NCBI RefSeq assembly: GCF_964194155.1
Contig: NC_135889.1
Coordinates: forward strand, 70,060,001 to 70,124,000
Length of the DNA stretch: 64,000 nt
Origin: Cetorhinus maximus
Taxonomy: Eukaryota
Direction: 5' to 3'
The notes under the pieces were generated by a model. It had not been told where the DNA came from and did not search any database. It saw only the letters and a program-made list of their open reading frames with translations. The position numbers were made by a program, and so were the translations under genes. Positions 23,036-36,539 of the stretch are shown one piece after another. The stretch's first letter is position 1, and every line of letters starts with the position of its first letter.

Positions 23036-23499
23036 AGTGTAATAATTTTAAGTGATTTAAATACCCAGAGACCTTTTAAAACGAAGGGAAAACTTTCAGT
23101 GGCTTGTACTTGAGAGGAAAAACACCTGCTCCTCGACTGCTTTGATTGACAGGACATCTGATGTAGCTCAGGAAACATAAAGGCTATCTTTTTTTCCGTT
23201 CCAATGGATTCCATTGTTTACATTTCCCAGGGTTTTTAAAAATTATTTTTGAGCCTATTATGAACACTTGGTTGAGTTTCAAAAGGTCCAGAACCACTTA
23301 CCTCAATGGGGTGCTATATAGAAATTTTGGTTGACAGTTGTAAGAGGTTATTAAAGAATTAGCTGTCTTTGATATGGTTAGTGAAATTGATGTCTGTTTG
23401 TTTTTACAATAGATTGACCACATGAAGGCATTTAATTTTTTTTGGACCGGCTTTTTTTGAAGGTGTTTTTTCAGTGTAGTGTGTTTGAAGGTGATTGGA

Positions 23500-23978
23500 T
23501 TGTTAGCGGTTTAGATTGCTAGAGGTTTATCTTTTAATGTCCATTTCAGATACACCCTGAGGTGTGCATCATGGATACTGGGTAAGTGCCTGCGGCAAAT
23601 ACATGGGCCCATGGAGGGGGCATGGGGGTAAAGAAAGCTTGGAAATGGCATGTAAGAGGGAGCATCGGGGTATGAGAGGGCATGGGGGGATGGTTGGGGT
23701 GAGAGATGAGGGTTTAAGGGCCTGACGTTCATCATTGAAACTGGGCTGATGTCCCAGTAAACCAAGGTGGGCGTTCTAGCCTGCTGGTGTGGCCATCCGC
23801 CCGCCTCTGTTACCACCCCGGGCCTACCTCGAGAGGTGGCGGGCCCAACTCCATCTCACCCCTGCCTCCACGGAACAAAAATATGGCGAGGGTGGGCCCC
23901 TTTTAAAGGAGAAGGGGCTGCTGGGTTGGGAAGTTTCCCGACTTGAACTTCCTGCTTCCTCCACGAAAATCTAGCCCC
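23500..23978. mobile_element. GC-rich MITE remnant (Harbinger-like right end)
   Basis: Ends gaaaatctagcccc, like other MITE termini in this window; left end not defined. Confidence 0.4.
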
Positions 23979-24981
23979 TTGTGTCAGTCTAAGTCACTTC
24001 AGTAAATTCACACCCCAGGTTCCAAAAGTACCTGTGAACAATGCCACAGGAGATTTGCTTCTAAATTTTAAAAGAACTTGCTACTTTTCTTATGATTATG
24101 CAAAACACCTGCCACTGCAGTTTTGCCTGCAGATCGGTTTAAATTTGCAGTGATTTGTTTTCCTAATATTTACAATTCTAATTGGGATTATTATTTCCAG
24201 CTGATTAGCTAATAATTTTGACTCTTACTGTGTAGATCAAAAAGGCAAAACTAAAGACCTTATTGTTAAAAAGAGAATAAACAGAGTACATTGATTGGAA
24301 TAGAAACAAGGTCCTGTTGGTAATTTATGCAATAGAAAATGTACATTGTCATTTGAGTATAGCAGATTGTATTAAATCCTCACAGAAGCCCCATGAAATG
24401 AACTCTACCTCTGCGGTGTCCACCATTTCTACAGTATTCTGAAAGCTGTAATCAGGATGTCATTATGCAGCCTTGTTAGCAATGCTCCATAATTATTAAA
24501 GCCACATATGCAGCTTTTTACAGGAGTCTTTTAATAATGAATGCATTTTCAAATTATCTGCTTAGTATGCTTCACAAAGCAACTGAGACTCATTAAAAAT
24601 TGTTCAACTCTTTACATGAATAATAAGTGAAATATCTTCAATTGATGCTATTTACTAAGAAATTCTGTAGCGAGGGAATTAAAATGAAAATGGCTTGTAT
24701 CTTTTATAAGCTCTGAAGATTTTCAACAGCAGTAAACAAAAATAATACCAGGAAAGTTCAGTGGCTAAACAACATAGGATACTACTGATATAAGACACAG
24801 AAATGGGTCAGTTCTGCGAATGTCCAAACTTGACATGGTTCAGGTGCTTTTTAAATCATTTTATATTGAAAAAGCATGTATCAAAGCTGAATTGGCCTTT
24901 TGCATGAAGCCACTTTTAGCTCTACAATATTTTTTTTTCAACATTATTCTGTTTGGCGAGCTGAGGACTACAGGCACAACT

Positions 24982-25715
24982 TTGGTCCAGATTTTGTTGT
25001 CAGCAACAAAGCAAGGGCACTCATTGCTGACCACAAAGTAAGTCTTGCAGAGAGATCTAGAAATCTCTCTGGCGAGAATTTCACATCTGCCGACATGCAG
25101 TAGTACTGCAACTGATTGCAACGTTCTTTACTGTGGAATTCCTGGCTCAAAGCTGGAGTAATAACATTGAGCTGCCTAAGTAGCCAATCATATTAAAGAA
25201 TCTTCACAGACATCCAACCAGGAGACAAAAAAAATCGGTTCAATAAAATCACAAACTTTTTTTACATAGAGCAAAGTTAAAGACTGGGACATACACATGG
25301 GTTGAAGAGAGAAGTCAAATTTTCTTCCAAAAATTTTTTAAAAATTATTATTTAATAAAATCCAACTTAAAAATCCTTTTAATTAAACATCTAACAGCAT
25401 TTTGCAATTATAACATTAATTTTTTTTGATGGCCAGTTTTGTTGTTTATTAAATTTTATTAATCACATCATCATTAAAACTCAGTTATACTTGATTGAAC
25501 AAGCTCTAACTTTTTAAAGAGTTTCAAATGGCGATCTGGGGATAGAAAAGTTGAATTTCTCACTAAATTCAATGACTCCTCTATGTGGGGAGTCAACAGC
25601 ACAGCCTTGGGCAGGACCCTGAGTGATAGACCATACCTTCAGTATCTTCACATATCCAACATCCCAAATTTGTGGTCAGTTTCAGAGGGTTAATGACTGC
25701 AAATCGCAACCCAAT
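24982..25715. mobile_element. Old non-autonomous DNA transposon-like repeat
   Basis: Starts ggtccagattttg; GC-richer ends around an AT-rich centre; right TIR not clearly seen. Confidence 0.35.
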
Positions 25716-25764
25716 CTTTTAAATTTGTAACAGTGGATGTCCCATAGCGTTGCCCATGCTACCA

Positions 25765-26095
25765 TGCTGTTCCCCTTAGTTGAAGGGTCAGTCACAAGGG
25801 GGCATAAGTTCAAGGTGAGGGGCAGGAGGTTTAGGGGGAATGTGAGGAAAAACTTTTTTACCCAGAGGGTGGTGACGGTCTGGAACGCACTGCCTGGGAG
25901 AGTGATGGAGGCGGGTTGCCTCACATCCTTTAAAAAGTACCTGGATGAGCACTTGGCACATCATAACATTCAAGGCTATGGGCCAAGTGCTAGTAAATGG
26001 GATTAGGTAGTTAGGTCAGGTGTTTCTCATGTGTCGGTGCAGACTCGATGGGCCAAAGGGCCTCTACTGCACTGTGTTTCTGTGATTCTGTGATT
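25765..26095 (+). mobile_element. CR1 3' fragment
   Basis: LFPLVEGSVTRGHKFKVRGRRFRGNVRKNFFTQRVVTVWNALP; tail ctgtgattctgtgatt; near-identical to 4423-4634 plus 6304-6425. Confidence 0.92.
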
Positions 26096-27559
26096 TAGAG
26101 AGCACTTCTCCTACCTTCACCTCAACCAGGTGTAATGTATGAGATGTCTGCTTTTCACCAAATTGTTGGTGCTTGAAGCTCACCACCTCTTGCAACTAGA
26201 CCCATAGCCACACAACAGGACCAGTACAAAGCTGCCAGTGGCCCTTAAGATCACTGTAGCCCTAAATTTCTGCTCCAATAAATCCTTTGAGTAGTAGCCT
26301 AGGCATATTTTTGGGAGTGGAAACTTACCTTGCACCGGCAACCCCCTCTCAACCTTGCAGGCTGGGAACCAGAGGAAAAACAAAAGACTATACGTTTGGG
26401 CCTAATCGGTTGCATGAGTTGTCAGATGGTGCTAACCTGAGGGAAACGCCAACCACCTAATGGGACCGCACTCCAGATTTTTTTTGGTTTACTCCTTTAG
26501 CCATTAGCTCATGATGTTGTTGTTAATGTTGAAAGTCACTGCATGGCAGGGCTTAGAGGGCCACAGACATAGGTGTGATCTTGTCCTCCAGGTATGCAAA
26601 GGGAAAAGTTCCTGTTTGCCACTTCCCACCTCCAGGTTGCCACTTCCACCCTCCCAAACCTCTCTACTTCCAGGCCCTCCTGATCAGTCTGACTTTTTTT
26701 TCAACTCATTCTGGCTTCTTTCTGTTTTCCCGTGCTCTCCGTTGATTGTGATGCCACTATGATATAATTGATTTCTCCTGTTTGGTTTAGCTCCTGATGC
26801 TGCTGCTGGTGTCTTCATTGTCTTCAAGCTCACCAAAGAGAGGCAAGTGGAGGCTTTGCCAAGCTAATGGGATTCACAGTGGCGCATGGTGCAATTAGCC
26901 ACATCTGTGAACTCTGTAGGCCCGACATGTTAATGGGGAGATGTACTACAACCACAAGGGCTACCACTCAATAAACACACAGTTGGTGTGTGACCATGCC
27001 CAGAAGACCCTACTGGTGAATGCCTGCTATCTTGGCAGCAATCATCCTGTGCCAATCAGGCATACCTGCCATCTCTAAGCCACCATGAAGAAACAGAGGC
27101 TGGCTGCTGACTGACAAGGAATGCCTGCTCCACATCTGACTCATGACTCCAGTATCACTTAATCATGCATGGGCTGCATGTCTACAGCTCTCATTGAGCA
27201 TGTCTTGGGTAAACCATCAGCGTCCTGAAGCAACAGCTTCACTGCTTCAAATGCTTGCGAGGAGCCCTCCAGTACTTCCCGATGCATGTCTTCAAGTTCA
27301 TGGTGGCCTTTCCATTTGCTATGTTCCATCACAACGCTTTCTTGAACAAAATCCTGAAAAAAAGTGACCAATGAAAGATCATTCCATTAAAACTTTATCC
27401 AACAACACTTCCAATAATTCATATAAAACTGGGTATTCCCTAAGTACTTGTCCTGCCTGTCCTAGTGCTCCTATGTAGTACTACTGCAGTGGCAGCATGG
27501 CTGGTGGAAGGTTGCTGACCTTCACTGTGAAAGACTGCAGATAGCCTTAGAGGATGACC

Positions 27560-27777
27560 TTAAGGTTGGCCAGCAGGTCCTTTAATTACATAATTGACTC
27601 TGTCAATGGCCTCAATTGACCAGTGACAGGTCGGCGGGCGTGCAGCTGATTTCGCTGCGCCCCCGCCTTCCTGAAAATTTAAATGGGGCACGGTGACGTC
27701 AGGAGTTCCCCCCGATGTCACCGCATGTCCTTTTATGTGTCGGTGAGCGGGCTCCGCCGACACATAAAATCCTGCCC
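27560..27777. mobile_element. Harbinger-type MITE right-end fragment
   Basis: Homologous to 43289-43514; ends taaaatcctgccc. Confidence 0.7.
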
Positions 27778-27779
27778 AG

Positions 27780-29087
27780 AAAATTTAAGGCAATCAGGCA
27801 TGGTCAACATGGTTTTGTGCATGGGAAATCATGTTTAACCAATTTATTGGAGTTCTTTGAAGGAGTTACATGTGTTGTGGATAAAGTGATGTACTGTATT
27901 TAGATTTCCAGAAGACATTTGATAAAGTGCCACATCAAAGGTTATTGCAGAAAATAAAAGCTCAAGGTGTAGTGGGTAACATATTGGCATGGATAGAAGA
28001 TTAGCTAGCTAACAGGAAGCAGAGAGTTGGCATAAATGGGTTTTTATCTGGTTGGCAGGATGTGATGAGTGGGTGTGACACAGGGATCAGTGCTGGGGCC
28101 TCAACCATTTACAATTTATATAAATGACTTAGATGAAGGGACCAAAGGAGTGATTCCTAAATTTGCTGATGACACAAAGATAGTTAGGGAAGTAAGTTGT
28201 GAAGAGAATGTTAAGGAGGCTACAAGCAGACATAGATAGGTTAAGTGAATGGGCAAAGATCTGGCAAATAGAGTACAATGTGGGCAAGTGTGAAATTGTT
28301 CATTTTGGCAGGAAGAATAAAAAAGAAGCTTATTATCTAAATGGTGAGAGATTGCAGAGCCCTGAGATTCAAAGGGATCTGGGTGTCCTAATGCATGAAT
28401 CACAAAAGGTTAGTATGCAGGTACAGCAGGTAATTAGGGAATCTAATAGAATGTTATCATTTATTGTGAGGGGAATTGATTACAAAAGGAGGGAGGTTAT
28501 GCTTCAGTTGTACAGGGCATTGGTGAGACCACATCTGGAGTATTATGTACAGTACTGATCTCTTTATTTAAAGCAAGATGTAAATGCATTAGAAGCAGTT
28601 CAGAGGAGCTTTACTAGACTAATACCAGGTGGGTTGTCTTATGAAGAAAGGCTGGACAGGTTAGGCTTGTATGCATTGGAATTTAGAAGAGTAAGAGGTG
28701 ACTCAATTGAAAACTTTAAGATCCTGAGGGGTCTTGACAGGGTGGATATGAAGAGGATGTTTCCTCTTGTGGGAGAATCTAGAACTAGAGGTCACTGTTT
28801 AAAAATAAAGGGTCGCTCATTTAAGACAGAGATGAGGAGAAATTTTTTCTCTCAGAGGGTTGTGAGTCTTAGGAACTGTCTTCCTCAAAAGGCAGTGGAA
28901 GCAGAGTCTGAATATTTTTAACGCAGAGCTACATAGATTCTTGATCAACAAGGGGGTGAAAGGTTATCGGGGGTAGGTAGGAATGTGGGGTTGAGGTTAC
29001 ATTCAGATCAGCCATGATCTTATTGAATGGCGGAGCAGGCTCGAGGGGCTGAGTGGCCTACACTTGCTTCTAATTTGTATGTTCGTA
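27780..29087 (+). mobile_element. 5'-truncated CR1 LINE (RT to 3' tail)
   Basis: QHGFVHGKSCLTNLLEFFE; KFADDTK; ALVRPHLEY; RRNFFSQRVV; tail tttgtatgttcgtat. Confidence 0.93.
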
Positions 29088-29699
29088 TAAGCTGGCACAT
29101 GAATTCTCCTTTTCCCCTGCAGCTCACTCATGCTTGATGACCTGCTACTACCCAAATATATACTACCCTCTAAGATGTGCACTGTGCCAATATAAGTGTC
29201 AGATCAAGCGACAGTGTTTATTCATCAGGGGCCTTGTGTTACTTTGCCCTTCGGCTTGAGTCTGCACCGACTGGCCAGGTGGAAAATCTTAGGTATCTGA
29301 CATTAGAAATGCAGAAGGGGAGGGGTGAGGGAAGTGGGAAGGGGTGGACAGCAACACGTCCTTAGTCACACACACGATCTGCAGCTTGCACTTCAAGCCA
29401 GATAGCAGAATGAGGGTGAAGTGGGATTTGAGAAGATGTATAAGACAGGAACATATTGTCTTCCTGCATGTTCTCAGCAAAACTCGATGCAAGGCCTCAG
29501 TCACAACCAGCCCTATGATACAGAGCACCGTCTCTTCCAAAGTGCTCAGGAGATGCATGTGTACCTCTCTCCTGCTGGCCTACTGAAATTCAGCCGCTAA
29601 AGCACATCCCTCTGCTACGCTAAGAAGCCTTGATTATTTCAGTAGCTTTTCAAAATATTTTGCATTTAATATCATGGCTCCTCCTTACCATTTTCTTTT

Positions 29700-31175
29700 G
29701 CTGCCTCTTGTCAATCTCATATCCTGTTGTCACTTGCCGCCTCCAACACCAACCCATCTCTAAACACCTTTGTCATTTCACACCCCACCCACACTACTTC
29801 CGTCAACCTCTTGTTTCTCCAACAATCAGGCTCTGAGCACACATATTTTTCTGCCCACTACTCCCTTCTACAGCCCCTGAGATTTCTCAGTCACAAAACT
29901 GAGACCATCCGTCGGCTGCATCCGCTGCATCTTCCCATTTTCTGTTGCCCAATAAGCCAAACTTCATCAAAGGATCCCCCCGACCTAACATTTTTGTTCT
30001 GTTTCTCTGCTAACCCACCTCATACCCTCTCCAAGCTTTTCTTGCCTACGAGACCTATCTCCAGCTCTTTCAACTCTACTCCCACTAAATTGCTGATCAA
30101 CTAATTTCCCTTCCCAGCCCTCATGTTAGCTGACATTGTAAACTGTCCCATCACCTCAAGTACTATCCAACTTCCTTTCTCAACTGTCATCATCACCGCC
30201 CCTCAAAAAAGCCACCCCTGATCCTGCTGTCCTTGTGCACTACCACCCCATCACCAACCTCTTTTCCCTTCCTAAGCCTGTGAATTTGCTTTCACTTCAC
30301 TACTCCATGCCATCTTTCCCACAACTTCATGTCTCAATAATCTTCAGTTAAGTCTCCACCCTTGCCACAGCATTGAAATACCCCAAATCAACATCACAAA
30401 TGACATCCTTTGTGACTGTGACCAGGATGCACTATCCCTCCTCCTTTGTGACCATTCTGCTGCCTTTTACACAGTCAACAACATCATCCTTGTCCAACAC
30501 CTTTCCTTTGTTAACCAGCTGATTGGAATTGCCATCTCCTAACTTCATTCTTGCATATCCAGTCGCAGTCAGAGAGTATTCTGTAATTGCCTCTGTTCCC
30601 ACCTCTGCACCAAGGATCTATTATTTGCCTCTTCCTATTTCTTTTCTACATTCTGCTCCTTGCTCACATAATCTGAAACCATGGCATCAAGTTTCACATG
30701 TACACTGACGATACTCTACCTATCCAACTGTTCTTTCAATCCCTGCACTGCCTCTGTGTTATTAGACTGCTTGTCCAACATTCGGCCCTGAATGAGCTGC
30801 AGTTTTCTTCAGTTAAACATGGGGAAGATTACTGAAGACATTGTCTGATTCCATATGCTCCCTGTCCACTATCTCAGACTAAACCAGATTGCTTGCAACC
30901 TTGCCGCTGCCTTATCCCATTGCTAAAATCATCACTCGTGCTTTTGTCACCTTCAGACTCGATTCTTTCAGTGTTCTTCTGACCAGCCTCACATCTCAAT
31001 TATCCATGAATTTGGGCTCGATCCAAATCTCTGCTGCCCATATCCTAACCCACATCAAATGCCGTGCACTCACCACCCCTGAATTCATTGGCCCAGTTAT
31101 CAGCTGCCTGCAATTTGAAATTCTCATCTTTTTGTTTAAATTCTTTTCTCCCATCTCCCTATCTCTGTTACCTCC
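29700..31175 (+). mobile_element. Degenerate L2 LINE ORF2
   Basis: CT-rich; SAAF(Y)TVN = DLSAAFDTVDH-like at ~30455; AFVTFRLD; IQISAAHILT. Confidence 0.75.
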
Positions 31176-32224
31176 TTTTGCCCTAGAACTGGAAAGTGCT
31201 CAAAGTTGGTGTTTGCAAGCAGCAAATTGGGCAGAAAAATTTCTGAAGTCTTCCTCAGAAAATACCTTTTTGGTTAACAGTCCCAAAGCTCATAGCTTGT
31301 GCTGTTTTAATGTCTTGAATCGAAAATAGAAAATCAATTTCCGTACATTCTGCCTGTTTTATCCCAGTCAAATGTATGGGTTTGAGATTGCAAACATGAT
31401 CAATGTTCATTCCATTCAGAAGACATATATCCTTAACAACATTTGGAGCTTGCTCTAATTGATGCAGCATGAACTGATTAGTAAGAATCAGAACATTTAC
31501 AGAAAACCAGCTTGCAAAACCTAACTCAATACTTCAAGTCCACCTTCTATTGAGGTTCATAATCATTTATGGAAACAAACTGTAAAATTAACAGATATAT
31601 TTGACTTTCCACTGGAAAATGGTACATTTTCTATAAACAGTTAGTGTTAAAGGTGATTTTTTTTGTCAATGATTTTAACTTCTATTCTTTATTACTAGAA
31701 TCAGCATGTAAGGTGTTTACACCCGAGAATTCACTAAGGACTTCTCAAAGGAAAACAGTTTAGATCAGCCCCAGGTGGCTGCTGTATTCTTCACAGTTGG
31801 GAACAGATAAGGCTGAGGGTAATAGTAAGTTCATGGTATCAATCAGCTGAAGCCATCACATGACAAGCACCTTTGCTATTTTCAATTGTTGCCTACACTC
31901 AATATGGATGAATTGTTAATATTTACTAGAAGTGATAAGAGGTATAGTTGTCCCCTGCTTTGGTTTTAGCCACATGGGTATTCAAACCTACCTGAATACC
32001 AGCCACGAGTAGTGACTTTGATTGCCAGTTGTTTGAGACTTTTTTCGGAGTAGAGTCACTGATTGGCTAGAGCCTCTGGAATGGATAACATGGGCTGCCA
32101 TTAGTTCTCATGCTAGAATTATATTTGCAGTCTATGACCAGTTGCAGTAAATTTTAGTCTCACAGCCAAGAGCTGTAAAGCTGTGTATGTGTTTATAAAA
32201 TGTCCAAGCCAGTTCTGCAAGAAA

Positions 32225-32517
32225 AATAATGAACTTGCACTTATATGGCACCTTTCACATTTTCAGTATTCCCCAAAGCGCTTCACAACCAATTACTGGC
32301 TTTTGAAGTACTAGCATTGTAAATATGTATAGAAATACAAATAAAAATTAGAAAAATAAGCATTTAATCTGTTTTGGTAGTTTTGATTGAGGGCTAAATG
32401 TTGGCCTGGGCTCCATAAGTAACTCTAATGCTTTTATTGAAATCAGCCTTGACGCTGTTCACCTGACCCTTAATAGGCAGATGAGGCTTCAGTTCACCAG
32501 CTCACCTCAAAAGGCAT
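32225..32517 (-). mobile_element. Deu-type SINE (degenerate)
   Basis: Reverse tail aacttgcacttatatggcacctttcac...cccaaagcgcttcacaaccaat and Deu-like core gattgagggctaaatgttggcctggg. Confidence 0.65.
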
Positions 32518-32606
32518 TGGCAAGAAATTCCTGGGATATTAATGAAGCTTGCAATTATTACTTCATAAAAAATTCAGTAATTTTCAGTTTTAAATAGAAA
32601 CACCTT

Positions 32607-33138
32607 GGCCAGAGTTTTACATGAAATTGCGCAAAATGACAGGCGTGCATCCTGACATCATCGCGCACATCAGCAATATCGAGGTTGGCAGATGCGCGTG
32701 GGAGTCAGAGCCATGCCCAACAACAATTGAAGGGCCAATTAAGGCCATTAAAAGCCCTATTGTCCACGACTTTACATTGCCCATGCGATTTTGCGGTCGT
32801 CGCATGGGCAAATTGGGCAGGCGGGCAGCCCCTTTTTAATGAAACCTCACCCAAGGGCATGATGAAATGTCCGGTATGAAACATAATAAAAGATGCCTGA
32901 GAACCGATGTTTTTTGAGTTCTGCTGTCAGGTGCTTGAATGTGTTGTACAGACACAGTTTGATGCATTTTATTCTTGTCATTTAATCTGCAGCTCTGCAG
33001 CAGCTGTCTGCCTTCAGACCGTTAATTGGCTAGCGAACGTGAAATTGCGTTCGGGGACCGATCACGGGCGGAAACGCATTTCATCTCCGCTTCCTGGCCT
33101 GCCGACCTGGCGCACATGCCAAGCATGACATTCAGGCC
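32607..33138. mobile_element. Harbinger-type MITE (family of 19990-20654)
   Basis: Termini ggccag.../...caggcc; TSD ctt/ctt; shared internal tgaaacctca..caagggc..gatga motif. Confidence 0.8.
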
Positions 33139-33734
33139 CTTGAGTTCTAACTCCCTACAATTTCTATTAGTTTTGCCAAAGCTGATTAAAGTATGTTACT
33201 GCTGTGAGGCACTCCATTTGCACTTAATAGTGATCATGAAATTGTTAGATTTATAATTTTCATTTTCATTTTTCCTGCCTCAACCATATGGTGCTGTAGA
33301 TGATCCTGTTAATGATGTGATCACAGTCCTAGCATGACATTCAACTTTGGAAGCCTACAAAGGCAAAAATGGAGTTGTGGAGTTGCACTCCAGAAAGCAG
33401 TGAATTGCCCCTCGAGAGTTTTTAAGCAATCTATCAATTCTGGCAATATTTTAGTTACAGTCTTGCCATTTATACTCCTGTTTGTGTCGGACAGCAATAA
33501 TTTTCAGGATGCAAAGCTGTTCCAACACTCAAAAATGCAAACTAGACAGATTCCTTTCAGAAAGTAATTTTGGGATACAGTATAAGAGTAATTTGAGATA
33601 TAACATTGTAAGTGTAGAATGCTTTGGAGGAAAAAGATGACTTTGGACCAGGTTCCCAAAGCTCTCCCTTGCCAGAGCTTTCCTTGTGTCATTTGTGCAT
33701 CTGACATGGACTAATTCATAGAGATTAATTGCTT

Positions 33735-36115
33735 TGTTATGGACAGGGGAGAAATGTAGGATAATTTCTCCCTTTTTCCCATCCCTCAACTAACCACAAC
33801 AGCATGTATTTTAGAAAAGAGCTTTTAATCCTTTGAGTTCTGTGATTTTAAGAACAGACACAAAACAGGCCTTCTGGTAAGTTTAAATCAAAAGAAAAGA
33901 TAAACATTTATTTCTTACAACACCCAAAAATGAATGCAACAAGCACCCACTCCTTATTCACACAGACACTCACACACATGCATACACACAAGCAAAGATG
34001 ATTACTAAAAAAGGGCAGCATGCACTGATATCCTTAAGAAAAGTTCAAGAACATCAGTAATACTTCAGTCCTTCAAGATGGTTGTTGCAAATGTTGTAGG
34101 CCCGGAAATTATCTTCTTCAGCAAACTGAAAGAGAAAATGAAGATTGGAGGTTTCTGGCGATGAACCCACAGTGGTACTCCAAGTAATAACAGGTCCCTG
34201 GCTTTTCAGCCAAAGTTGTGGTCAAACCTCTGTAGTGAAGAAATATAACCATGCAGTTAAAATGAATTAACCCCATTTCTATGTTATCGATGTTTCCCAT
34301 TGTCCATACAATGAGTTTATGGCAGATGTAATTGTCACATAATGGGAATGAGTAATATTCCATCAACATTCCAGCTATGATTAGCCTCTGAAATGTCTTT
34401 ATTTGAAAATCCAGCTTCATGGGCCAGCAACTATTGCAGTCATTGTCATTTTAAATCCCTTCAATTGAAATGAAGAGGGGTAGTCAATCAACACCTGGAA
34501 AGGTAATTTCCATTTTAAGTAATTTCCCAGAGAGGGGCCCAGACCTGTCTGTCTCTATGCAGAAACCACAGAAAACACCTATCTATGCAGAAAATACCCT
34601 CTGGAGCTCATTTTGTTAAGGTAAATTGTCCATAGTTTATGCTCCTTTCAAAAATAAAGTGACCATCTTCCTAATTAGGTTTTCAAACATGACAGATTTA
34701 ATTAGCGAACAGCTCCATTATTATTATATCATGTGTTAGATCCACATCTTCAACAACTGTATTTTTCTTTGAAAATTTGGAAGAACATTGCATTATTTGG
34801 ACACTTGGTTTTTTAAAAAGTTTTTTTCATTAATTCACCTTGGCCTGTGAGCAAGCATGCCTTTAACAAGAAGTCACCTGGCCTGCTTGGCACTTGAGGA
34901 GGGGAGCTATTTGCTATTTGAACCGCAATCACTTTAATTGTTGGGAAAAAAAGAACAGTTTTAAAGGCAAAGGCCTGGTGATTTACTGGAAATCCCCTGA
35001 CACAGCAGCTTTATGTTTTGAGCTTGTTTTCTTTGATCTCAATTGGGAATGAACTGAGAAAATGAAGCTGCCCAACTCACACTCTCCTTGCTTTGTCTAA
35101 AATAGAGTGGTTATCAATATCCAGCTAGGAATCCAAATCTCAGAGGAACTTGTCTGTCTTTGGAAACCTGAGCAACTGAGATGAGAAGGATTGATCCGGC
35201 TCTATTTCCCTCCATGCCGAAGCTCTGTTGGTGAGAACCTCCTAACATCTAATGGGACTAGCAATCTGTCTTCACATGTGGAAGCTCTAGATCGACAGTG
35301 TCAAAACCATGCAAATTTTATCCTTTGTTTTATGGGGGAGGATTTTCCCCTTGTCAGGCGGCGGCGGCGGGCAGGCCCAGGAGTGGCCGTGCAATGGTCC
35401 ACCGCCTGCAATTGGGCCCTGACCACGATTTCATGCCGGCTGGCCAATTAACGGCCAGCCGGCATGAATAGCGCGTAGAAACGCTCAGCCTTGCCTGGGT
35501 GGGGTGGGGAGGAGGACACGCGCAGAAGTCAGCACATGCGTGTAGGTGCACTCACAAAAAGCTTCTTGAAGGCACAGAGCTGCTTTTTAATTGTCGGCAG
35601 GCGCACTGCTGACCTTCGTGCACACCCACCGAACAAAATATCGCGCGAGTGCATTGATGATGTTGGGATGCTCGCCCGAAGTCATCCCATGCCATTTCAC
35701 ACTTGTGCGTGTTGGGCACAAGCCTGCATGCTGGTTGAATAATTCAGCCCATGAAGCATTTTCATCCACTGCCCATCTCTGCAGAGACCCTATCCATTTG
35801 TCGTTTGTTTATTTGTTTGTGTGTGTGTGCTGGGAATTTTAAGAGGGATAGAATGTCATATTTCCAGATTACAAATTATGCGTTACCCAGTTCTTGCAAC
35901 TTGTTTTTAAAAAATAAGTTTTGTTTTATAATAAATCAATCATTCCGAGTTTATTGAAAGAAGCCTGGTTAAAGACTCTTTCATTCTGGGTCTAACAGTA
36001 GCAAAGGTAATCATTGGCGATTTTGGTGAGTGATTTAAACTTCTAAACAAATGGTGCAACCTGCAGAGTAGAGAGGCTAGATCAACTGCGCACTTCTCTC
36101 ATCCCGGTTGTAACA
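33735..36115. mobile_element. LTR-derived block with TGTTA...TAACA ends, apparently two LTRs head-to-head
   Basis: Left half has tttatt and a (ca)n tract; right half has a (gt)n tract, aataaa and an end homologous to 471-682; no TSD found. Confidence 0.55.
35335..35750. mobile_element. Harbinger-type MITE (inverted, internally deleted relative of 19990-20654)
   Basis: TSD atg/atg; termini ggggaggattt / aattcagccc; reverse-complement similarity to 20400-20654. Confidence 0.85.
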
Positions 36116-36539
36116 CATTTGACTACCATGATGGTAAGAGGTGAGCTTGGTGGAGCTTAGTCTTTTTTCATCTATCAATTCCTAAGTTCCTAAGAAGGCA
36201 GTGCAATGGACTACCTCCTGGGTATTGCATTATGCCTGAGCATGAAAGGTCCTATACTTCATGGGGACATTTCAGACAGCTTTCATGCCATTGACTCACT
36301 TGCCTCAAGGGCCAATAAAGCAATTCTCAAACACAACTGGATTTCAATGTCCTCTTATTCTCCTGTTTTAAATTTCTTTCTTATTTCTCCTATCTCATTT
36401 TTTCTGTCTTTTTTTAATCTACTCTCTTCCTTTCTCTATTTATTCCTCTTCTGGTGTCTTAATTCAATCGATTTCCTTCATTGTCATTCTCTTTCTTTCT
36501 TAATCCTTTCCTTTCATTTGTTAATGTTTACTATTCCAG

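Larger units (their letters stand above)
26100..29596. mobile_element. Highly degenerate two-gene Harbinger (transposase + at ~26180-27350; Myb - at ~27440-27560 and 29090-29575), with a MITE end and a CR1 nested inside
   Basis: LPVALKITVALNF; NHKGYHSINTQLVCDH; GWLLTDK; GALQY; minus-strand MHLLSTLEETVLCIIG resembles exon 2 of the 58809 Myb gene; TIR-like aaattcagccg at 29586-29596. Confidence 0.65.
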
